A stretch of 63,396 nt of DNA, filler included, from Octopus bimaculoides (lineage: Eukaryota): NCBI RefSeq assembly GCF_001194135.2. It is 5 parts of 5 records of this genome, joined end to end, with 100 filler letters (N's around TTAATTAATTAA, not from the genome) between each part and the next. Parts side by side here need not be neighbours in the genome. Positions count along the whole stretch, not along the records: positions 50,384 to 59,320 come from NC_068984.1; positions 59,421 to 62,283 come from NC_069007.1; positions 62,384 to 63,396 come from NW_026425900.1; 2 more parts are not named here. The stretch is one strand, 5' to 3'. Made by a program: the position numbers and the translations under genes. The notes below the pieces were generated by a model, which had not been told where the DNA came from, made no database searches, and was given only the letters and a program-made list of their open reading frames with translations. Below, piece after piece: positions 52,883 through 63,396 of this stretch; the first letter of the stretch is position 1; each line of letters begins with the position of its first letter.

Positions 52883-55126
52883 CTGTTATATTTTACCAAA
52901 TGCTGCCTCACTATTTTATCTTTTCTGTCAACATAACACCAATCGGAGCTTTAACCAATAAATAACAGTCGTTGATTATAAAGCTTTCCTTGAATAAAAA
53001 TGTTGATAATTTCGAATCTTGCTGATTTGAGTAAGGGAAATATTATGCATTACAATTGTAGGTTTATTCTGCGGTGAAGAGAAACCACTTTATGGATCTA
53101 TTCTTTATTATGATGTGTTGTATATACCATAATACTGATCTGTTAGTGATCTGTACCAGCAAAAATATCTGGTACGTACGGTGAGATTAGACAAATTTTT
53201 AAGAGTTCAGCTTCGTGTGAATTCAACCAACTGCTAATCCCATAAATATAAACAGATAAATTTTATTTACATATATCATACTTGTACTGGATTACTTTAG
53301 TTGGCAATTTTGAAAAATAAATTATGCATTTTTACGCACAAACTATTTTTATTTCTTTTAAAAGTATTCGCAGTTTGAAAGTTTAACCTCTCATTTTAGA
53401 AAATATTAATCAAATATATTTCAAAGACTGGGTTTATATTTAATCATCAAAGGAGTTTTGGAAAAATCTTATCCTGGTTGCATTTTTTATTTTCGTTCCT
53501 CCAAAGAAATTTAATTATTTATATGATCTCAGAAAATAGATATTTCATGAAATATACTAGATGAGATTCTATAAACTTAAATAAATTCCAACGTTTAATC
53601 TATTTTGCCTTTTCGGAAATTTTATTCTTACAAATGAACAAACAAATAAATAAAATAAGATATAAATACCACTTTACCACGATTTAATAATTTCCATTTT
53701 AAGAACCTCTGGGAATTTAGTGAAGATAGGATCTTGAGAATAATTTATTGTTTCATAACTTCCCTTATATTTCTTTGGAAGAATTTAGTAAAATTATGTG
53801 TGTGTGTAGGTGGTTGGTTGGTTAGGTGGTTGGTTGGTTGGGTGGGTGGTTAGGTGTGCACATGTATGTAATATATATTACCTGCATATTTATGACTACT
53901 CATATCAAAAAATGTATTCGATATTGCAATGAAATTATGCCCATGAGTGATTATTTATCTTCCTCCGCACTTTCAGTCAATCATTGTATATATGTATGTT
54001 TTTTGGTCTAATGTATGATGCATTTCTCACATTTATTCCGCATAGCCATGATAAAGCCTTTTCCCACCCCTCTAGTTTTTTAGCGTATCTAAATCATTCT
54101 TATTTTCTACATAGTCGCACAAGGATACGTATAGTTATATGTTATCTATGCATATGTATGCGACTGTGTATCAAATTAGCGATTTTACATACATATATAC
54201 GTACATACACAAGTAATTACATACATATATGTGTGTTTGTGTTTGCGTGTAATTAGTTCCTTTCCTTTTGATGAATTAAGCATACTATTTAGCTTTTCAT
54301 ATATGCCTTCCTCAAAGCTCTGATTTATGACTTGCTTCTACACGGTTGATTCTGAGTATAGCTCTTTCAATTTTTTACTATAAACTTTTCTTTCTTTACT
54401 TTATTCTTTTTCTATACTTACAGCCCTTGTATTCCCTTTCACTTTTCTTACATCTTATCGCAGTAGATCTCATACCTTTGTTTACTATCACTATTTCGAC
54501 TTGGCCATCACTAATCTCCATTTTCTTCGTGTTCTTTTTTATGATGTACTTATGCCCTTAAATGATACTCTGCCACTACGTTTTTGATACGCATATTTAC
54601 GAAGAAAAAATGTGGCACTTCAATGATTCTGGCCTGGTTGTATTGGCTTTTCATGTTTATGTGTTCATAAACATATCACCTCATTTTATAAGTATTACTG
54701 TAACAGTATGCATATCTCTTTGCGTAAAAAAATAAACATACATCATACCATCCTTGAATGTTTGAAACAGCTGTAAAGAACTACCTAGAAACATACTTTT
54801 GCTTCGAGGGTTAGAGTTATGTTTATGTTCGTATAACATCTTGTGTAATTGCTATGAATGATATGTCATCGATAGTGTCTCTACATCCTTTGATTTTGAT
54901 TGCAAACTCTGCCAACAAATTCCTAATTGATCTGAGAAATTAATTTTATCCTGATTCGGAGATTGGATTCTTATAATTTAGACCTTTTCAAGGAGTAATC
55001 AAGGTATTTTTTTAAAAATATATAATACAGACAGAAGGGGAATTGATAGTTAAAAGTAAATTAATCCCGCTTAATAGTGGATGTAGAATTTAAGGACTGA
55101 GTACTAGATTATTTAGTATGACAGAA

Positions 55127-55600
55127 CCCCTGATATGGAGTTGCAGTGCACATAAGCACTCCTGTATATATTGCTAGCGGGAGAGAAGTTTCCGCTATCG
55201 CAGCCGAGACTACCAGATTACGTCATTTCGGCCTTCTTTGGCCTTGCCAATGGCAGACGGCCCTGACTACAAATAGAAGCGATTCCGCTGTCAGTGATAT
55301 ACATAGATTTTCAGTGCCTATTCCAGCACTGGTGTCGCAAATAGTCGGTGGGCTTATTAAAACATAATTAATAGCAACAGAAGCAGTATTAATACAAAAA
55401 CATCATATTCATCCTCACTTAAAAGTGGGGTTTGTGTTAGAACACAAGATGCTGTATCATTTGCCATGTGGTATCCTCTGATATGGATTTGTGGGACATA
55501 TAAGCACTCTTGTTTATATTGCTAGCAGAAAGTGATCGTCTGCTATAGCTACAAGGACTACCAGTTCACGTTGTTTCGTCCCTGCGGGTTTTCTGCGTGT
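55127..55600 (-). repeat. Diverged tandem pair with 348-bp period; the first unit carries a decayed type I hammerhead
   Basis: Units at 55127 and 55475 align over ~110 bp. Minus 55256-55210 reads CTGCCA-TTGGCAA-GGCC-AAAGAA-GGCC-GAAA-TGACGTAA-TC-TGGTAG. Confidence 0.6.
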
Positions 55601-57986
55601 GTGATCGATACATGTATTTGTGTATTGAGTTGTTGTCGTACAGAAGACCATTGACGGCAGCACACCTCTTTCTGGGTCGATATATTTGTTAACTGTGCAA
55701 ATTGATTTTATCCAAGAAAATGCATAAAACTTCATAAACACGTATCTCTTAATAGTATTTATCATTTGCAGTACACTGTTAATTTTAGTATTCTGTTCTT
55801 TCTAATTTGATATAAATTATTTCAATTAAATACATTCAAGCTATTTCCTTATTCTAGAAATATTTCTTTTAAATTCTTTGGCAAAGACTTTACTATCTTC
55901 ATCCCAGTCAGACGCCAGAGATGTTTACCATCAACCAATAAGACATGAACTTCCTAAAGGTAAATATTAGATATAATTATGGCAAGATTCCAATATCCAC
56001 AGCATTTATTGAACTGATTTTGAAACTATAACATATGTACACTTAGATTTTTTTTCCTTTAACTACGGAATCCTGAATTCAATTGCTAGAATTTCAAAAC
56101 TAAACTAATATGAAGGACGTACACCTACGAACATAAGAGATTTAATGTACTTGTACTGCCAATTTTGTATTTTCTAGGCCAGAATATCGAATGCTATATG
56201 ACTCATGCTAAGTACATCGGCAACAATTTCACAAGAAATATAGCAGTTAAACATCCTAGCACATTTGTAAGAATTGGTTAAGATGTTTCTCAATGTATTC
56301 CTTCAAAGAATATGATAGTATTTTTCATGATATATATGATAGTATTTTTCAGGAATATATTTGTGTGCACATGTGAGTGTCTACACGTGAGTATAGATCT
56401 AATTACAAAGTATATGGTATATGAGACTACGAAACAAAATGCACGAAACCTTATTCATTTATACCGATACACACACTCATTTATAAATAAGTGTATGTTA
56501 GTATCTAATCACGTGACATGTATTTTGGTATGTGCATGCATATGTATCTGTTTCAGTGCACGTGTACGCGCGTACGGGTTGTACACGTGTATAGATTTCT
56601 GTGCGAGAATTCATTTATGTAAATGTCAATGTATTAGAAAAAAACGTAGTTATATACATGGCCGTCAGTATGTATATCTGCGCATATCTGTGTGTGTAAA
56701 AATTATATATATACACATTATCAACGACAACATTACATATAATATAGAATGTTATTCTCCATTTCACATTGTTGCGAGTGATGTAAGTTGGAAAGAAGCT
56801 GAAATGAATGCACTCAGAAAAGCTGGTCGAAAGTTAACATAGCCTTAGAAATTTCTGTCGTGGTTGTCAATAGTTCAAAAAGGCACCATCTTTATACATT
56901 GGCTGGGAATTTGTAAGGTTGTTATTAACATTTGCCATTGTCAAAATAACTACAAAAATGTTATTCTTTTATCCAACGGCTGCATTTCGTTTTCATTTGT
57001 ATACCTTATTTTCTTATTTAACTCCTTTGTAATTGTATAAATCAGACCAAAATTCCTGATCACAATATTTCACCTGTATAAGTAAAGATCTGTTCGTATG
57101 TGTGTGTGTGTGTCTGTCTGTGCATCTCTGTGTTGGTCTGCCTGTGTGTTTATTCATAAAGACTAGATAGAGGAAGCAAAAAAGATACACTTGCTGGAAA
57201 ATATTCTAGTGTATCGAAGCCCACAATCGTAGAAAACGAGCCCGCAATCGTAACCTGCAATCGTCAAATTTAGGTGCAGCCTTCCGTATATCCTTGCTAG
57301 GCTGATGAACCGCACATTCCGCAACATATGTAAAAGGATCTTATCTAACTATCCCCTTGTATTCTTATCTCAGAGTCCTCTCCCCCACGCATGTTTCGAA
57401 AACCGTAGTGCATTAGCTTCCACCCCATATAATACGGGATGAATTCGTTGAAGAAGGAGGTTTTATCTATCGGATATTCTTCACTTACAACATTTTTTTT
57501 TAGATATCTCAAGTTGAGTTGCTTATTTCGTTTCACAGCATATGGAACTGATTGTGTGTAGTTGCTGCAGTTTGTGCTGTAGATTTGATAATGATTTTCT
57601 TTCCAGATTTACCCTTATGCTCCTTAACCTGTGGAAATAAACAAGTTAGAAATTTTGCCAGGTTTTGCTGCAATTGTTATGTCGTTGTTGTATTTCCTTT
57701 GTCAATATTTACGTTCTTGCTCATGCATTTTTGTTGTTGTTGTGATTATAGTATTAGTTTACTTGTAATTTTTCTGTTGGTCCTTTTCTAGTTCGTTCTA
57801 TTTTAGAGAAAATTCCACGTGAAATTTATTTTGTTTGTGCCTCAGAGAAATGTAAGCTATGATTCACATGATATTTTAAAATCTCTGCGATGTCGTCATT
57901 CTTCGAAAAAAGTAGAGTTCTCAATATCCAAAATCTTATATACCTTAAAACATTATGTGAGAAATACTTATTTGGTATTTCTTATT

Positions 57987-58216
57987 TCTTTATTGCCTAC
58001 AAGGGGCTAAACACAGAGGGGACAAACAAGGACAGACAAAGGGATTAAGTCGATTACATCAACCCCAGTGCGTTACTGGTACTTAATTTATCGAACACCG
58101 AAAGGATAAAAGGCAAAGTCGACCTCGGCGAAATTTGAACTCAGAACTTAACGTGAGTCGAAATACTGCTAAGCATTTCGCCTGACGCGCTAAATTTTCT
58201 GCCAGCTCGCCGCCTT
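57987..58216 (-). mobile_element. SINE family 2, near full length
   Basis: Revcomp AAGGCGGCGAGCTGGCAGAAAATTTAGCG...GTTCTGAGTTCAAATTTCGCCGAGGTCGACTTTGCCTTTTATCCTTTCGG...GATAAATTAAGTACCAG. Confidence 0.9.
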
Positions 58217-59702
58217 ATTCGGTATTTCTATCAGGAAAAGCGACAAACATGAACCTCTCACGCTTGTTCGAACTAAACTTATCATATAAATATGAATGGT
58301 ATCATATATACATAGACATTGTGTTAGTAACAGTTTGTAGTTATTATGATGGAATTCTGAAAGAAATAGTCAGCCAGTGACATTCAGTTAAATGTTAGTC
58401 ATTGATTGAAGCCAGTGAAGTTCCAGACATTCTATACCCGACAGATATATCATTGATAGGTTTATGTTGTAAAAATGAAAAGACGTCTACTATTTTGATA
58501 TTAATTAGAAATTACTATGAGAATCAACTCTAACAAATTCTGATGGTATCTCATGGAGACATTGTAATAATGCAGCTCAAAGACTAGGTTTCATATTGAG
58601 AACTAGAAAATACTGAAGTTTTGCACAGATACTGATTATTTACACATAGTAAGTTATTGTCACAAAGAAATGCTGTTCTAATACCTGATATGCTGCTCTA
58701 CACAAACATTAAGCCAATCATTCTGGAATGATTTCAACTGAAAGTACATATCAGAGTTTCAATCACTAGCCAGGTATAAACATTAACAGCAAAGTTGGCA
58801 GCTGCTTCTTACTATTTTTTCTATTATTGCCTGTTTACTATCTCCATTTCTAACGTTCTTTAGCTCTATTCCAGCTCTTACACAAGAAAACCTATAATCT
58901 AGCCTCGAATGCGCCTGCACGCACATACACGCGCACACACATGTATACATTGTTGACGTCATAATAATTGTATAAATTTTGGAGACAAAGCGAGATATTT
59001 CCTTTTTCATTACAGCGGATTTCGAAGGTGTCGTAAAATCTCCTCCCTATATATATATATATATATATATCAAATAATAAGCAACACGGATTTCAAAAGT
59101 GATTGCAGTACGCACGTTTCATGCTACTTCAATTTATTTAAGTAATGTGAGCATTACCTTAAATGCAATATGAAGAGCAATCTTCAGCTGCACGAAAAAA
59201 TGTAGAAAAAAGACATATTACAAATGTGGCAACATATTAAAACCAAGTGGGAGAGAGCAGAGGAAGAATATATAAGTCCATCTTGACATAGCAGGGTCTA
59301 TCAGGCTAGTAATTGATTCTNNNNNNNNNNNNNNNNNNNNNNNNNNNNNNNNNNNNNNNNNNNNTTAATTAATTAANNNNNNNNNNNNNNNNNNNNNNNN
59401 NNNNNNNNNNNNNNNNNNNNGGGTTTTTGTATGATTGTGTATAGAGGAATATATTATTTTGTTCAAAAGAGTTCCAACACTGTCTGTTTTTTATGTTTTA
59501 TTTATATTCCTGCAGAACTAACGTGGGGTATAGAATATGGAATATACAATATATAATATAATATACAATATACAATATAAAATAAAATAACATAAAAATG
59601 GATGGCACCATGAAAGAAAGTATTGAATGTAGATGAAATATTGAGTGTTCAATATAAAGGATCAAATATATAAATATATAAATATAAATATATATATATA
59701 AA

Positions 59703-59742
59703 GGCGACTCGAGTTTCAGGGCTATTTCCCTTCGTCATGGCC
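59703..59742 (-). ncRNA. Minimal type I hammerhead ribozyme with one core lesion
   Basis: GGC-C(A)TGACGA-AGGG-AAATAG-CCCT-GAAA-CTCGAG-TC-GCC; palindromic helix III ACTCGAGT, GUC triplet. Confidence 0.6.
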
Positions 59743-60114
59743 GGTATGACAGACATATATATATATATATAAACATTTGTATGTGTGTGTGTATGTGTGC
59801 TTGCGTCTGCTTCTAAGTATTCATCTAACAATATATCTTTCACCAATATACATCGGAAGAAGACGTGTTCACGGTCGAGAAACCCCAATAATTCGGCGCT
59901 ACGAATAAAACTTCAGCGTTGTATTAATTCTTTGCTGAATAGCACAGACAACGGTTTGTCAATCCCGCCAATAGGAATGCACTACGTGAACTGACGACAG
60001 GTTAAATTGGAGAAGACTGTATAATCAAAGACGCTATTGTCGTATTTAGAATATCCATCTATCCATAAATAGACAGACGGGCAGACGGACGGACAGACAG
60101 ACGGACTGATGGAG

Positions 60115-60264
<150 letters not shown>

Positions 60265-60432
60265 TTTGACTCAGATCAACATGATTTAAAGCTTTGTGTG
60301 AGCGTAGGAGGCATCCATCTCATACATCTCCTACTCTTGGTGTCTGATCAGATGTCTTTCGCGCCCATCAAACTGTAAGTCACGTGGAACTCAGTCAAAC
60401 TTATATATATATATATATATATGTTATAATTG

Positions 60433-60535
60433 CATACTTTATTCCTACATATGTTTCAAAGGATTACAACCTATGTGATCCATAGGGATCTGTGATATTA
60501 AAATTGTAACCTTCTCATCAGGGAAAGCATGGGAA
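60433..60535 (-). ncRNA. Type I hammerhead ribozyme, intact core (left arm of inverted pair)
   Basis: Reverse complement of 60566-60668 with 2 substitutions, both in the helix II loop region; core CTGATGA at 60521-60515, GAAA at 60457-60454. Confidence 0.75.
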
Positions 60536-60565
60536 CTCGGTCATAATGTCTTACGTTTAAGATGA

Positions 60566-60668
60566 TTCCCATGCTTTCCCTGATGAGAAGGTTACAATTT
60601 TAATATCAAAGATCCCTATGGATCACACAGGTTGTAATCCTTTGAAACATATGTAGGAATAAAGTATG
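60566..60668 (+). ncRNA. Type I hammerhead ribozyme, intact core (right arm of inverted pair)
   Basis: TTCC-CTGATGA(60580-60586)-GAAGG/TTACAA...TTGTAA/CCTTT-GAAA(60644-60647)-CATATG-TA-GGAA. Helix III palindrome ACATATGT; GUA cleavage triplet ends at 60655. Confidence 0.78.
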
Positions 60669-61830
60669 NNNNNNNNNNNNNNNNNNNNNNNNNNNNNNNN
60701 NNNNNNNNNNNNNNNNNNNNNNNNNNNNNNNNNNNNNNNNNNNNNNNNNNNNNNNNNNNNNNNNNNNNNNNNNNNNNNNNNNNNNNNNNNNNNNNNNNNN
60801 NNNNNNNNNNNNNNNNNNNNNNNNNNNNNNNNNNNNNNNNNNNNNNNNNNNNNNNNNNNNNNNNNNNNNNNNNNNNNNNNNNNNNNNNNNNNNNNNNNNN
60901 NNNNNNNNNNNNNNNNNNNNNNNNNNNNNNNNNNNNNNNNNNNNNNNNNNNNNNNNNNNNNNNNNNNNNNNNNNNNNNNNNNNNNNNNNNNNNNNNNNNN
61001 NNNNNNNNNNNNNNNNNNNNNNNNNNNNNNNNNNNNACATCTCCTACTCTTGGTGTCTGATCAGATGTCTTTCGCGCCCATCAAACTGTAAGTCACGTGG
61101 AACTCAGTCAAACTTATATATATATATATATATATAAACAGATTAATTTTATTTTAGTAACTGTTTATATCTCGAAATTTTTACTTCGATGGTAGGAGAG
61201 AGATTTCCGCTAGATGGCGTTATTTTCTTAGTTATTACACCAAAGTAAGTCTAACTTCATCAATAGAAATTTTTGTGCGTGTCGTTAAGTGCATGACACA
61301 CAGACTTTTTTATAACTACATGCAGACAGACAGACACACACACACGCACACACACACCTACGCACTCTCACACTCCAACAGACACACGCATACACACACA
61401 CACACACACACACACATACATACACACGCAAACACAAACAAACACACATGTAAAACACGCACATTTGCACGTGATCGCTAACGCATTCCGAATGTAGGTT
61501 GGATGCCGGGTATCAGAAAAAGAGTATATACGTGTCTCTCTGGTGTATAAGAATGCTTGTATGTATATACATATACATACATGTATGTGTGTGTGTGTGT
61601 ATGTGTGTGTGTGTGTGTATGAGTGTATATATGTGTGTGGGTGTGTATATATGAGTGTATATATGTATGTGACCGTCGATCTGACCCTAAGCATCAATCT
61701 TGACATGAAGCGTTGAAAACATACAACTAAAAAATTACACCAAATATTTCAGTTATTTCAAATATTTGTCTAAACTACAACAACCACTACTACTACTACT
61801 ACTACAATTACTACTAATAATAATAATAAT

Positions 61831-61934
61831 GTGCCTGGTGTACCCTTATCAGTCGGGTAGTCATGATGGGTGTTCTGGGCTTCATATATTTTACCCCAGT
61901 GTCACTTTGATGGCATACACTTGCTCTCTCACTC
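61831..61934 (+). mobile_element. 5'-truncated element X flanked by (AAT)n on both sides
   Basis: Matches the 3' end of 42752-43196 (TATATTTTACCCCAGTGT...CTCTCTCACT). Confidence 0.75.
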
Positions 61935-61937
61935 AAT

Positions 61938-62283
<346 letters not shown>

Positions 62284-62383
62284 NNNNNNNNNNNNNNNNN
62301 NNNNNNNNNNNNNNNNNNNNNNNNNNNTTAATTAATTAANNNNNNNNNNNNNNNNNNNNNNNNNNNNNNNNNNNNNNNNNNNN

Positions 62384-62426
<43 letters not shown>

Positions 62427-63200
62427 TTCACAGGCATATACGCATGCACATTACCATGCACACATACTTCTAAACGCCCACACATAACAACACATACACA
62501 CCCACACATTATATAGACATACAAACATACAAACACATAGCCACACATACCACTCAGACATACGCCCACATGAATATATATATATACACACATATTTATA
62601 CACACTTATGTATTTACATATGCAGCCCCACCCACACACGTATGCACCCACACATATATATACACATACATACACACAATGTACACACATCCACACACAC
62701 ATACTCACATACCTACACCCACCCACTCACATACCTACACACTCACATACGCACACACATACACAGTACAGATGCACCCATGAGTATATACACACACCAA
62801 CATACACATATACATTTACATATACACACACATATCCACACGTTTGTGTCCACACATATACACATATATACACATATACTCACACACACAAATGCATACA
62901 CATGCCCACACATATACAGCCACACATGCACCTATGCATACACACACCCACCCACACATACACATTAGTACATACACATATAGCCACACACATACACACA
63001 TACACACACATATACCCATATATACACCTAAACACATATATACATACNNNNNNNNNNCATACACACACATATACCCATATATACACCTAAACACATATAT
63101 ACATACACATGTGTGCACATACACACATATGCCCACAAACATATGCATGTACACATGTACACACACACACACATATGCACACACACCCGAATTCACTGTA
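62384..63200. repeat. Degenerate (CA/TA)-rich low-complexity array
   Basis: Direct reading. Confidence 0.85.
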
Positions 63201-63396
63201 TGAACTTGAAACGCTTATTTCTCATCTTATTTCTCCTTATTGTTGAACATCTGACAACTATTGATTTATTTTAACATCTTCTACAATCAACATCACCATC
63301 ATCAACATCATCACCATCATCAACATCATCACCATCATCAACATCATCACCATCATCATCATCACAGTCATTATTATCCTCATCATGATCTTCACC

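Noticed and set aside
57290-57340. CTGATGA...GCAACATATGTA, with the same ACATATGT palindrome as the 60.4-kb ribozyme
   Set aside because: No helix II pairing, GAAA is altered and helix I is out of register; cannot be distinguished from chance
62999-63106. 49-bp direct duplication around a 10-N gap
   Set aside because: Typical contig-overlap artefact in low-complexity sequence

Overview
AT-rich, microsatellite-saturated eukaryotic DNA with many N gaps, most likely from an octopus (inferred from OR/OK-type tRNA-derived SINE families). It reads as intronic or intergenic. No complete gene is present, and nearly all supplied ORFs are microsatellite or N artefacts. One good orphan coding-exon candidate lies on the minus strand (9852-9947). 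Repeats include about 20 SINE copies of two families, a complete but dead DD37D (maT) Tc1/mariner element, a dead DD34D mariner and several MITEs. A pile-up of at least seven R4/Dong-clade LINE fragments at 37.5-45 kb is nested in (AAT)n tracts, and one of them shows twin-priming-like 5' inversion geometry. The most notable signal is a set of type I minimal hammerhead-ribozyme motifs of the Penelope-like-element/retrozyme kind. Two intact copies sit head-to-head as a 103-bp inverted repeat at 60433-60668, and decayed copies occur at about 3.3, 24.0, 31.2, 55.2 (348-bp tandem) and 59.7 kb. All calls were made by eye; no database searches or folding programs were run.
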